NCBI GenBank assembly: GCA_963813995.1
Contig: CAWFAZ010000045.1
Coordinates: forward strand, 46,395 to 110,394
Reading direction: 5' to 3'
Length of the DNA stretch: 64,000 nt
From: an uncultured Verrucomicrobiae bacterium
GTDB lineage: Bacteria > Verrucomicrobiota > Verrucomicrobiia > Limisphaerales > Palsa-1400
Of this stretch, positions 47,247 to 57,110 are shown one piece after another (position 1 is the stretch's first letter; every line of letters starts with the position of its first letter). Both the position numbers and the translations under genes were made by a program. Under the pieces are notes generated by a model, which saw only the letters and a list, made by a program, of their open reading frames with translations, was not told the DNA's origin and made no database searches.

Positions 47247-47834
47247 ATGAACGTTCCGAACAAATTAACAATCTCCAGATTTGCCCTCACCGTGCTTTTC
47301 CTGGCCGTTATTTTTTCCCAAGTCCCGTTTCATGAAACCATCGCCCTGGCTCTTTTCAGCGCGGCGGGTTTGACCGATTACTTCGACGGCAAGATTGCGC
47401 GCCGCGACCATCTCATCACCAACTTCGGCATTCTCATGGACCCGCTGGCCGACAAGATACTGGTCTGTTCGGCCTTCATCGCCTTTGTTGGCCGGGGCTG
47501 GATGCCGGCGTGGATGGCGGTCATCGTGGTGGCGCGGGAACTGGCCATCACGGGATTGCGGCTGCTGGCCGCCTCGAAGAATCTGGTGCTGGCGGCGGAA
47601 GGATTCGGCAAACATAAAACGATTTCACAAATTGTGGCCATTCTTTTGATTCTGATTTTTCACAGTTATGAGCAATGGGGGCCGTTGGGACGAATTCTCC
47701 TTGGATTCCCTTCGGGCCGGCCCTGGATTGGGTGGTTTACGACCCTTTCTCTGGATGTCGCCGTCATCCTGACCTTCTCGTCCGGAACCATTTATCTTTG
47801 GCGCAATCGCCGCCTGTATCTGGCGGATTTATGA
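47247..47834 (+). CDS. pgsA: CDP-diacylglycerol--glycerol-3-phosphate 3-phosphatidyltransferase
   Basis: CDP-alcohol phosphatidyltransferase motif DYFDGKIARRDHLITNFGILMDPLADK, with multiple TM helices. Confidence 0.9.
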   Translation: MNVPNKLTISRFALTVLFLAVIFSQVPFHETIALALFSAAGLTDYFDGKIARRDHLITNFGILMDPLADKILVCSAFIAFVGRGWMPAWMAVIVVARELAITGLRLLAASKNLVLAAEGFGKHKTISQIVAILLILIFHSYEQWGPLGRILLGFPSGRPWIGWFTTLSLDVAVILTFSSGTIYLWRNRRLYLADL

Positions 47835-47847
47835 AGCTCCGGCTCAC

Positions 47848-48456
47848 TTAAATCCTCTTCGCTCCCGCGCCGAAGGTTCTCCTGCTGTCCTGCGCATGGG
47901 CCAGGGCCAGGGCCAGCGCGTCGGCGGCGTCGGGCGAAGGAGGTTCGGGAAGCTGCAACAAGCGTTGCACCATTTTGCCCACCGCCAATTTCTGCGCCGC
48001 GCCATAACCCACAACCGCTTGCTTGACCTTGCGCGGCGCGATTTCAAAAATGTCCAACCCGGCTTCGGCGAGCGCCGCAAGGGCTGCTCCGCGCGCCTCG
48101 CCCATGATCAGCGCCGTCTGCAGGTTTTGCGCGTAAAAGAGTCCCTCGATCGCGCACGCGGTCGGCCGATATTTGGCCACGACCTCGCGCAGCGTTTGCA
48201 TAATCTTCACCAGGCATCGGGAACGTTCCCAGCCCGCCGGGCAGGCGATGGTGCCGTGGGCCAGCGCGCGCGGATTCGGCCTGGCCAACTGGATGACCCC
48301 ATAGCCGGTCCCGCGCAACGAAGGGTCCACGCCAATGATGATCTGGTTTCTGTTGGAGCCAGCGCGAGAATTGCTCTCAAAAACCGGGACAGGAGTGTGC
48401 TTTGAGCCGCTCAGCCTCGCTTGGATCTGCTCGAATTGCCGGGGTGTGATCGCCAT
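47848..48456 (-). CDS. ruvC: Holliday junction resolvase RuvC (with a ~38-aa N-terminal extension if the first ATG is used)
   Basis: IIIGVDPSLRGTGYGVI, ..CAIEGLFYAQNLQTALIMGEARG.., DAADALALALAH. Confidence 0.9.
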   Translation of the reverse strand: MAITPRQFEQIQARLSGSKHTPVPVFESNSRAGSNRNQIIIGVDPSLRGTGYGVIQLARPNPRALAHGTIACPAGWERSRCLVKIMQTLREVVAKYRPTACAIEGLFYAQNLQTALIMGEARGAALAALAEAGLDIFEIAPRKVKQAVVGYGAAQKLAVGKMVQRLLQLPEPPSPDAADALALALAHAQDSRRTFGAGAKRI

Positions 48457-48487
48457 GATTTTAATTCTGCCAAAGAGCGGCGGAAGT

Positions 48488-50131
48488 TCAATGTTGGATG
48501 TTCGGGCCGGTTTTCGGCATCAGCTTCGACATTATGAAACCCACGGACAGAGTCACCGAGGAACCGATGAGCGTGTACCACGGAAACGCGATCACGACAG
48601 GAAGATGCGGCCAGCCTGGCGGAAGATGCTCCTGCGCCAGCGGGCTGATCCAGGTCATCACGGCCAGCGAACAAAGCATTCCCGTGATCACGGGGGCGGC
48701 GGGGCCGCGTTTCCAGAAGAGCGCCATCAACAAGCCGCCCAGCAAAGCGCCGCTGGTCAACCCGCGCAACTTGAAGGCCGCCTCCAGCACGAAAGCCACT
48801 TCCCGGCTCAAATACGCCACAAGAATCAACGCCCCCGCCCAGGCCATGGTCGAGATTTTGCTGAAGCGCAGAAAAAAGGCCTCCGACCGGTGCGGCAATA
48901 GTTTCTTGACAAAGTCCATCGTCGAAACCGAGGCCAGCGAGGTCAGCGCCGAACTGACCGAGGACATCGCCGCCGCCAGAATGGCCACGATGAGCAAGCC
49001 CTTCAACAGATGCGGCGCGCCGGTGAGCATGAAAATCGGATAAATGAAATCGTTGGCCATGATGCCGCTGTGCGGGCGCACTTCGGGAACCGGCATGGCC
49101 AGGGGGAATTTTTGATAATAAACCCACAGCATGACGCCCACGAGCAAAAATATGAGAAAGAGCGGAAAGATGACGACGGCGCTCAAGGCCAGCGCCTTGC
49201 GTCCGTCGGCCACGGTCTTGCAGGCCAGCACCCGCTGCACGATCAACTGCTCCGCCCCGTGCGAAGACATGACCATGACCGTGCCGCCAATGACGCCCAT
49301 CCAGATGTTGATCGGCTCATGCCAGAGGGTGGAGGCATTGACGCGGGCATTGAGCCAGTGCAGTTTTCCCGCCGCCGCCGCCATGCGAAACACTTCCCCG
49401 GCCCCGTGCGGAAAAAAGCGCGGGATATAAAACAAAGTGAACAGGCCGCCCAACAAAAAAAGTCCGAACTGAACCGCATCGGTCCAGATCACCGCCTTGA
49501 CCCCGCCGATACAGGTATAGACCAGCGACAAAATGACAAACAAAAGAATGGCGCCCAAGATCGGATCGCCGCCGCCAAAAGGGGCCAGCCATTTGTCGCC
49601 GAGCATCAACTTGACGGGGATGCAGGCGACATAGACCCGCACGCCCGCCGCCAAAGTCTCGCTCAACAAAAAGAACCCGCCAGCCGTCTGGCGCGCGCCA
49701 TTGCCGAAGGCATTGGAAAAAAGCTGGTAGGGTGAATAAATTTCCCCCTTGAAATAGTGCGGCACCATGACGACCGCCAGAATGATCCGGGCGATGACGT
49801 AACCGATGATCAATTGGAGAAAGGACAAATCGCCCTGGCTGGCGTAAGACATGGCTGGCACGCCGATGATGGTCAGCGCGCTGGTTTCCGCCGCCACAAT
49901 GGAAAGCCCGACGCCCCACCACGGAATATCCCTGCTGCCGAGGAAATAATCGCGCGTATTGTGCTGGTCCCTGCCGAACCAACTGCCCAGCGCGATGATG
50001 CCGCCCAGGTAAAGGACGATGATGCTCCAATCCGTGGCGTTTAAAAAGTTGGCGGGTGAACTTGCCATCAAGGGGCGAGGATAGGGGATGCGAGAGAGCC
50101 GATGCCAAACAAATTCGCCAACCTTCGCCAC
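48488..50131 (-). CDS. Sodium:solute symporter family (SSF) transporter
   Basis: 13 to 14 TM helices. GSRDIPWWGVGLSIVAAETSALTIIGVP. An alternative start is at 50068 (MASSPANF..). Confidence 0.85.
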   Translation of the reverse strand: MAKVGEFVWHRLSRIPYPRPLMASSPANFLNATDWSIIVLYLGGIIALGSWFGRDQHNTRDYFLGSRDIPWWGVGLSIVAAETSALTIIGVPAMSYASQGDLSFLQLIIGYVIARIILAVVMVPHYFKGEIYSPYQLFSNAFGNGARQTAGGFFLLSETLAAGVRVYVACIPVKLMLGDKWLAPFGGGDPILGAILLFVILSLVYTCIGGVKAVIWTDAVQFGLFLLGGLFTLFYIPRFFPHGAGEVFRMAAAAGKLHWLNARVNASTLWHEPINIWMGVIGGTVMVMSSHGAEQLIVQRVLACKTVADGRKALALSAVVIFPLFLIFLLVGVMLWVYYQKFPLAMPVPEVRPHSGIMANDFIYPIFMLTGAPHLLKGLLIVAILAAAMSSVSSALTSLASVSTMDFVKKLLPHRSEAFFLRFSKISTMAWAGALILVAYLSREVAFVLEAAFKLRGLTSGALLGGLLMALFWKRGPAAPVITGMLCSLAVMTWISPLAQEHLPPGWPHLPVVIAFPWYTLIGSSVTLSVGFIMSKLMPKTGPNIQH

Positions 50132-50910
50132 TGCGGCGAAGGAGGATGGGGCCGGCCTTCCATGTTTCCATGATTTCGGTTTTTAACGATAAAGCTGGAT
50201 TCCCCCATGCGTTTGTCTTTGGGCCACAAAATTGTTAGCGCCGGTTTGAACTTATTAAACGGGCTGCCCAACACCCAAATCACTACAGCCAACAGCCGCC
50301 GCGCCGGGCAATCGCACCGTTTTTGAAATTCGTTTGTCATTGTTGCAACCATCTCGCGGCCGAATGGCAGCGGTTCACCACCCGTTGCAATGAAGGCGAT
50401 GTTTTAGCCGTGTCATCCGCGAAGGCATTCAGGGCGGCCACGACGGCGATAATGGACAAAAGGCATCGAATCATGGGCGCTTCTGACCGCAAGCAAGCTG
50501 AAAAGCAACCCCATCGGTTTTTGTCATAATCGGCTCTTATATCATGAGCTACTTTGTGTAGTAATACTAATATGTTGATATAGTAAAACTGATACTTTAA
50601 TAAAAAGGAAAATAAAGCTTGTCTTCCGCGATGGCCGCGCATAAAAATAAAAGATACCATTAATTTGCAGGCGTTTGCCGGCCTTTGCCTTTGTCCGGCC
50701 CATCGGCGGGAAAAGAGTAAAAATCAAGGCCAACCATGAAAGTTTCAATTATGAAAACGATGAAAATACGTCTGCCCGGATTTGTTTGTTGCATTCCGGT
50801 TACAATGGGCGGCGTGGCTCAACCTGCTCTGAGCCGCGCCTTAAATGCTCACGCAGGCTGCAATCGGAGGATTCCATGAAAGAGAACAAGCAACAAATGG
50901 GGACATTATT

Positions 50911-53900
50911 ATGAAAACCATCAAAACTTTCCTGCCGACGGCGCTGACAATGATGCCGAAAGCAAAGCCTCTGCCCGGGTTTTTCCTCCGGGCTGCGGTT
51001 ATTCTGCTTTGCGGCATTTGTCCTGTTCTTGGCGCGGATTTGAAGGTTTTGCCTGGTCATGTGCCGAAAGTCATTTCGAGCCTTGCGCCAAAAGGCCGGC
51101 TGGCGGCAACGAACAAACTGTGGCTGGCGATCGGTTTGCCCTTGCGGGACCAGGCGGGCTTGTCGAAGCTGCTCCAGGAGATTTACGATCCGAGCAGCCC
51201 CAACTACCATCACTACTTGACTGCGGCGCAGTTTGCGGATCGGTTTGGTCCGGCGGCGGCGGATTATGAAACGCTGAAGGCGTTTGCAATGTCGAACAAT
51301 CTGGCCGTGACGGGCACCCATCCCAACCGCACTTTGCTTGATGTGGAGGGGTCTGTTTCGGACGTTGAAAAGGCCCTGCACGTGACTATGCGGGTTTACC
51401 GGCATCCCACCGAACAGCGCGACTTTTATGCCCCGGACACAGAGCCATCCATTGATTTGAATCTTCCCGTGCTGCATATTAGTGGTTTGGATAACTTTAG
51501 GATGCCGCACCCGCTTATCCGCAGAATGACTTCCCTCGACCAACCGGCGGGCGCGTCCTCCCCTTCCGGATCGGGCCCAGGCAGTAATTACCTGGGAAGA
51601 GATTTTCGCGCGGCATACGCTCCAGGTGTGACACTTACTGGAGCCGGCCAAACCGTCGGACTTTTGGAATTTGATTCCGGCTTCTTCCAAAGTGACATCA
51701 CGGCTTACGAAGATCTGGCTGGTTTGCCAAACGTGCCCATAAGCGCGGTATTGTTGGACGGGTACAACGGCGGGCCGGGTGCCGCCAATGACGAAGTGTC
51801 CCTGGACATTGAGATGGCGATTGCCATGGCGCCCGGATTGGCAGGTGTGATTGTTTATGAAGGCACTAACGCCGATGACATTTTGAACCGCATGGCCACC
51901 GACAATCTGGCCAGACAAATCAGTGCTTCTTGGGCAAACTATGCCGATGCCAACTCAGATTCGATCTTCCTGCAATACGCCACGCAGGGACAGTCGTTCT
52001 TCAATGGATCCGGCGACGGCGACGCATGGGTTGGAACAATCGGACCGCCGTGCGACGATCCCAACATCACCATTGTTGGCGGGACAACTCTGTCCACGAG
52101 CGGTCCGGGCGGCCCCTGGGCCACGGAAAAGGTTTGGAATTGGGGCTATGATCCGCCTGGTTGGCCCGGCACCGCTAACGGGTATTGGGGCGACGGCGGT
52201 GGGATCAGCACCGTGTGGCCGATTCCATCCTGGCAGACCGGCATCAACATGGCGAACAATCACGGCTCGACCACAATGCGCAACGTCCCGGATGTCGCCC
52301 TTACGGCAGACAATATCTGGGTGACATACAGCAACGGTCTGGCGGACAGTTTCGGGGGTACCAGTGCGGCGGCTCCTTTGTGGGCTGGCTTCACCGCTCT
52401 CGTCAACCAGCAGGCCGCGGCCGGCGGCCAGTCACCCGTCGGCTTCCTCAACCCGATTCTCTACGCCATCGGCAAGGGCACCTCCTGCGCGTCCTGTTTC
52501 CACGACATTGTGATTGGCAGTAACACCTGGACCAACAGTCCGACCAACTTCTTTGCCGTTCCCGGCTACGACTTGTGCGCCGGCTGGGGCACGCCCACGG
52601 GCAGCAACCTGATCAACGCCCTGGCCAACGGGGACTTGATCTGTCTGTGTCCGTCCAACATCGTGGTCACTTCCTGCAGGAGCCTGCTGGTCTATTACAG
52701 CGTGACCGCCACCAGCCCCGCCTGCAGCCCCGTGAATGTGATTTGCACGCCGCCCTCGGGCTCTTTGTTTGCGCCAGGAACGGTCACCACGGTGAATTGC
52801 TCGGCGGTGGACTCCTGCCGCCATAGCTGCACCTGCAGCTTTACCGTCACCGTCACGATGCCCCCGCCACTTGCCGTAGTCTGCCCGACCAACAAGACGG
52901 TGCGGTGCGGCAGCTCCTGGACCTTTGATCTGCCGTCGGTTTCGTCCGGCGCCAACGTGACCATCCTCTCGATCGGCACCGTAACCAACGGCGACTGCCC
53001 GCAATTGATCACGCAAACCTGGCTGATTGCCGACGCTTGCGGCAACAGCACTAATTGCAGCCAAACTGTAACCGTGGAGGACACCGGGACGCCGAGGATG
53101 CCAGCTCCGAACAACATCCTGGTGCGGGCCTGCACCAATGTTCAGGTGTTCTACACGCGCACGGCCGACAGCGCCTGCTGGGGCAACATCCCCGTGGTTT
53201 GCACTCCGCCCTCGGGCAGCTACTTTGCCCCGGGCGCGACCACCGTCAACTGCGTCGCCACCGACCGTTGCGGTAACACCGCCTCGAACAGCTTTACCGT
53301 GACGGTCCAATGCGATTACATTTCCACCACCATCGTCAACGCCTTCGATCCCAGCTATCAAGGTCAGCTCAACTACGAAGGCACAGTGCCTCTTGGGTGT
53401 GGTGTATGGTTTGGCGGCTCAACAGTTGTCTGGGATGACACTATGGATAGTACTGGCAATGGCGGCGGCTCCATGTACGTAACGGCTTCCTTCAATTCCG
53501 GCATCTATACGCCCATAATAGCAGACTACATATGCTTTCCGCCTTGGGATAATGAATGGTATAATGGGGGCGAAAACGTTGACTTGTCGCAGTACTTGTA
53601 CTCGGCTGTTCAATTCGATATTTTGTGGGACAACACCTCGTCGCTGACGATTGATGAATTTAATGATCTTTCGCTGGTTCAGTCTGGGCTTTCCGGAAGC
53701 ACCCCGGGGTTGGAAATAGAAAATGTCTATGGCTCCTCCCCCTCGAATGGAAATGTGCCCCTCGGCAATATCACCATACCAGAGGCGGCCGCGCGCAACT
53801 GGGTGACCGTGACCCTTCCCATCAACCAAGCCTTGCCAAACCTGGCTGGGACGAGCGGTATTCTTCTGTGGAAATGGGTAAATAACGAGGGGGATTTGCC

Positions 53901-54897
53901 GGGTTCTACGACTGCCAACTTCTGGATTGACAATGTCAAATTTGTTGAGGGGCTGCCTGCCCCGCCGCCGCCGCCCACCCTCAATCCGCCGACCAAACCC
54001 ACTCCAGGCTTGAACGTGACTGCGAGCACGGAAAGCGCCGGGAACGGTTTCTATTGGGACCGCCAGTCAGTAATGCTGGTTGTTACCAACGGATTGTCAT
54101 GGGTGGAAAATACCGCCAACGGTCCTGTGACGTATGCCTTTACGATCAATGCTTTCCCGCAGAGTCCGGCAACCCATGGTTGTGAAGCTTACCTGTTCCT
54201 GGTTCCAAACCCGGCTTATCCCGGCGATAATGCGCCCGACTGGAATGAAACCAACTGCGTTATTGTGCAGCTCCAGCAGGGTGCAGGCACGACGACCATG
54301 TACTTTCAATACAAGGTGAACGCACCAAATGGCAACGATTATAACACGTTGGGCAGCGTCACCCATACAGGGACTGCTCTTGGAACATGGGCTGTCAGGT
54401 TCACGTCCGACACGGATGTCGCGTTGATTGCACCCGATGGCACCACCGCCAATCTTGTCATTCCCCCCGGCGATGCCGGCATTTTTGCCGAGGTTGGCGA
54501 TCCCGGCTTCCATGTGTATTTGGGCATGGAGGCAAACAATGCCGCCTCGATCAATCAGGCGGTTTGCTATTCGCAATTCGCCGTTACAGGCGCGCCGGCA
54601 GGAACCATCAGCGATAACTTTCTGACCGACGGCGTTCTCAATGCCAATATATGGGACAACTCCGTGGCGGCCGCTCCTGCGGGCGTGTTCATCATGCCGG
54701 CCAACGCGGCGTATTGGATATCGTGGACAACTCCGGCCACTGGTTTTGTATTGCAGTCAGCGCCCGCCTTGTCGGGACCGTGGACAATGCAGACCAATGA
54801 TTTTATCCTCAACGGAGTGGGCATACAGTCACAGTTGCTTCTTAACACCGACTTGCCGCCTGGTCCCAACGCATTCTTCCGAATGATCCAGCAGTAA
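50911..54897 (+). CDS. Giant secreted sedolisin (S53) peptidase with a pro-kumamolisin-type propeptide, three HYR-like domains and a ~520-aa C-terminal module shared with the 10576..12777 protein
   Basis: ATG at 50911 with a signal/TM. Propeptide ..YDPSSPNYHHYLTAAQFADRFGP... Catalytic Ser context GGTSAAAPLWAGF. HYR motifs VICTPPSGSLFAPGTVTTVNC..CSFTVTV and VVCTPPSGSYFAPGATTVNC..NSFTVTV. Poly-Pro linker PAPPPPPT. Confidence 0.85.
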   Translation: MKTIKTFLPTALTMMPKAKPLPGFFLRAAVILLCGICPVLGADLKVLPGHVPKVISSLAPKGRLAATNKLWLAIGLPLRDQAGLSKLLQEIYDPSSPNYHHYLTAAQFADRFGPAAADYETLKAFAMSNNLAVTGTHPNRTLLDVEGSVSDVEKALHVTMRVYRHPTEQRDFYAPDTEPSIDLNLPVLHISGLDNFRMPHPLIRRMTSLDQPAGASSPSGSGPGSNYLGRDFRAAYAPGVTLTGAGQTVGLLEFDSGFFQSDITAYEDLAGLPNVPISAVLLDGYNGGPGAANDEVSLDIEMAIAMAPGLAGVIVYEGTNADDILNRMATDNLARQISASWANYADANSDSIFLQYATQGQSFFNGSGDGDAWVGTIGPPCDDPNITIVGGTTLSTSGPGGPWATEKVWNWGYDPPGWPGTANGYWGDGGGISTVWPIPSWQTGINMANNHGSTTMRNVPDVALTADNIWVTYSNGLADSFGGTSAAAPLWAGFTALVNQQAAAGGQSPVGFLNPILYAIGKGTSCASCFHDIVIGSNTWTNSPTNFFAVPGYDLCAGWGTPTGSNLINALANGDLICLCPSNIVVTSCRSLLVYYSVTATSPACSPVNVICTPPSGSLFAPGTVTTVNCSAVDSCRHSCTCSFTVTVTMPPPLAVVCPTNKTVRCGSSWTFDLPSVSSGANVTILSIGTVTNGDCPQLITQTWLIADACGNSTNCSQTVTVEDTGTPRMPAPNNILVRACTNVQVFYTRTADSACWGNIPVVCTPPSGSYFAPGATTVNCVATDRCGNTASNSFTVTVQCDYISTTIVNAFDPSYQGQLNYEGTVPLGCGVWFGGSTVVWDDTMDSTGNGGGSMYVTASFNSGIYTPIIADYICFPPWDNEWYNGGENVDLSQYLYSAVQFDILWDNTSSLTIDEFNDLSLVQSGLSGSTPGLEIENVYGSSPSNGNVPLGNITIPEAAARNWVTVTLPINQALPNLAGTSGILLWKWVNNEGDLPGSTTANFWIDNVKFVEGLPAPPPPPTLNPPTKPTPGLNVTASTESAGNGFYWDRQSVMLVVTNGLSWVENTANGPVTYAFTINAFPQSPATHGCEAYLFLVPNPAYPGDNAPDWNETNCVIVQLQQGAGTTTMYFQYKVNAPNGNDYNTLGSVTHTGTALGTWAVRFTSDTDVALIAPDGTTANLVIPPGDAGIFAEVGDPGFHVYLGMEANNAASINQAVCYSQFAVTGAPAGTISDNFLTDGVLNANIWDNSVAAAPAGVFIMPANAAYWISWTTPATGFVLQSAPALSGPWTMQTNDFILNGVGIQSQLLLNTDLPPGPNAFFRMIQQ

Positions 54898-54913
54898 AGC
54901 CCGGAGTTCTTCA

Positions 54914-54973
54914 GGGACGAAAGGGACGAAAGGGACCAAAGGGACGGAAGGGACAGGATTAAGATTAGGAACC
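54914..54973. repeat. Five tandem 9-mers (gggacgaaa x2, gggaccaaa, gggacggaa, gggacagga), then ttaagattaggaacc
   Basis: Read directly. It lies between the sedolisin stop (54897) and the break of the malic-enzyme fragment. Confidence 0.9.
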
Positions 54974-55758
54974 AGAAACCGTTCCGCGTTGATGCCGGAG
55001 AAGTCTTCCCATTGCAGCAGGACGCGCGGCCAGCGGCGCTTGACCGCCAAGACGAAGGTATCGACAAAATCGTCATACTCCGGGCCGCGAACGCGGCGGC
55101 TCCGCCAGCCAATATAGAAGGGGTCTTTCAATCTTTCTTCATTATCCGTTCCCACGTCAAGCAGAATGGGCAGGCAGCATTCGGGCAGAATGCCAGCCAG
55201 GGCGGTGTAGAGGGCCATTTTGCCAATCGGAATGCCCATGCCTCCGGCGCCCTGATCACCGAGGCCGAGAATGCGTTCGCCGTCGCTCACGACGATGCAT
55301 TTGATCCCGTCATGACGCGGGTGCGAGAAAATCTGATTGATGCGGTCTTTATTGGGATAACTGAGAAAGAGGCCGCGCGGTTTGCGCCAGATCTGGCTGA
55401 ATTTTTGACAGCCTTCACCCACGGTCGGGGTGTAAACAATGGGCAGGGTTTCCTCGATATGATGCGTCATGAGCGAGTAAAACAGAGTTTCATTGGTGTT
55501 CTGGACATCGCGCATGAAGGTGTATTTCTCCAGCGGTGTTGGCAGGGCCGCCAATGCCATGTGACGGCGCTCCCGCTGATCCTCCAGCGTCCCAATATGA
55601 GGCGGCAACAAACCATGGAGGGCGAACGCATCCCTTTCGCTTTCCGTAAAGGCAGTCCCCTTGTTCAGGCGGGAATTATTCAGCGGATCGTATCCCGTGA
55701 GCCTGGTTTTAATGATTGCGCCGCTTTGGCATTGTGTTTCCTGGCCGGAGGTATTCAT
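54973..55758 (-). pseudogene. NAD(P)-malic enzyme, N-terminal ~262 codons only (3'-truncated)
   Basis: ..LNKGTAFTESERDAFALHGLLPP.., VYTPTVGEGC, VVSDGERILGLGDQGAGGMGIPIGK and LLQWEDFSGINAERFL are malic-enzyme N-domain motifs. The ORF then reads through the repeat as VPNLNPVPSVPLVPFVPFVP. No NAD-binding domain follows. Confidence 0.75.
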
Positions 55759-55773
55759 GGGGTGCTTCAGGGT

Positions 55774-56997
55774 TCATGCGCGCGGATCGGTCAGGCGGCC
55801 GACGAAAAGCAGGCTGCCGGAACGGGTGCCGCGAATCAGAAAGATAAAGGGATGGTCGGCCCGGAAAACGGGCGGTGGCGAAGCTGGCTCCTCAATGCCC
55901 ATGGTTGCCGCAACAGGGACGGTGGCGGCAGCGGCTTCGGTGCCTTCTTCGGTGACTTCGCTCCAGGCTTTGTGAAACACGCCGGAAATGTAGAGGCTGT
56001 TGGTCCCATTAAGACCGAAAAAGTTGGCCTTCTGCCAGATGAAGGCATCGGGCATGCCCATTTTTGCCAGCGTGTCGTTGAGCTTAAAGCCGGACTCCAG
56101 TTTGAATCTGGGCAGGAAAATTTTAACGTTCTGCTTTTGCATTTGCGCGAGCAGGCGGGCAAGGAACGCAGGGGTGAGTTGCCGTTCCAGTTGGCCAAGG
56201 GCATCGATTTGGCGCGGCAGCAATATCACCATGGACAGTTCATTGCCACTGTAGGGCAATTCCACGGCTTGGAAGTCGTTGTTCCCGGTGTATTTGACAT
56301 CATCGAAATGGACCATGAGGAGCGTATCGACTTGGCTGCTCGTGGAAATATGGAACGGGCTGGTGGAAGTGGCGGCTTTTTCAAAAGGGCTGGCCCAAGT
56401 GCCTTTGAAATAAATGGCGTTAGCCAGAACAAGCCGGGTGAGGTCATCCAAGCTGCCGGGCGAAAGGATGTCCTGGATTTTGTCTTTGGTCTTCTGCGCG
56501 ACCCAGCGGTTGATTTCGCGGGTGACGGCATCGGCGCTGGTCTTGAAGTCCGCTTGGTTGACGCTGGCCTGATAATCGTCTTGGGCGATTTTTAGAAAGG
56601 CGGGAAGGAAGGGTTCACCTTTCTGTGCCCACAACGCGTTGGCGATGTCCAGTTGGATGCCATTCTGTTTTTCCGCGTCGTTCAGTTGCTGTTGAAGTTC
56701 GCCGAACGAAGAATGAAGCCGCGCATCGCCTTTGCTGAAATGCAGGACCCGGCCCATTTGCGTTTCGGTGTCGCCGCGCGCTCCGGCATAAGTCATGGCC
56801 AGGCAGGTGGAAATGCTGTACGGGGAAAAGAAAAGGTTGCCCGGCGCGCCGCTGAGACGGGCGTAAAGATCGAGGGCGAAGGCGGTGTTACCCTCGACCA
56901 GCGATTCGGTTTGGGCCGCTTGGACGCTCGCCGCCAGTCCGATGCCGAATGAAATCAATAGACTGGCGGATAGTCTGAAAAGCCGAGTGGTGTTCAT
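55774..56997 (-). CDS. Secreted serpin (inhibitory-type reactive-centre loop)
   Basis: Signal peptide. Motifs FSPYSISTCLAMTYAGARG.T and DHPFIFLIR. Hinge EEGTEAAAATVPVAATM|G places Met at P1 when aligned to the alpha-1-antitrypsin hinge. Confidence 0.9.
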   Translation of the reverse strand: MNTTRLFRLSASLLISFGIGLAASVQAAQTESLVEGNTAFALDLYARLSGAPGNLFFSPYSISTCLAMTYAGARGDTETQMGRVLHFSKGDARLHSSFGELQQQLNDAEKQNGIQLDIANALWAQKGEPFLPAFLKIAQDDYQASVNQADFKTSADAVTREINRWVAQKTKDKIQDILSPGSLDDLTRLVLANAIYFKGTWASPFEKAATSTSPFHISTSSQVDTLLMVHFDDVKYTGNNDFQAVELPYSGNELSMVILLPRQIDALGQLERQLTPAFLARLLAQMQKQNVKIFLPRFKLESGFKLNDTLAKMGMPDAFIWQKANFFGLNGTNSLYISGVFHKAWSEVTEEGTEAAAATVPVAATMGIEEPASPPPVFRADHPFIFLIRGTRSGSLLFVGRLTDPRA

Positions 56998-57010
56998 GGA
57001 GGGTATGAAA

Positions 57011-57110
57011 GCAAATCTGAACCGAGTTTGGCAAATCTGAACTGAAATCTCAGACGATGCTGAAAATGACGGATGGGACGAAAAGGACTAATGGGACGAA
57101 TAGGACAAAT
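57011..57110. repeat. Mosaic repeat: gcaaatctgaac x2, tgaaatctcaga, then 9-mers atgacggat/gggacgaaa/aggactaat/gggacgaat/aggacaaat
   Basis: Read directly. It starts 14 nt upstream of the serpin ATG and supplies the last 7 codons and the stop of the 57088..57783 ORF. Confidence 0.85.

Noticed and set aside
54914-54958. Possible CRISPR array (regular short direct repeats), together with 45690..45745 and 9397..10110.
   Set aside because: The units are 9 bp (or 102-bp coding TPRs) and directly abutting with no unique spacers. No cas genes are present.
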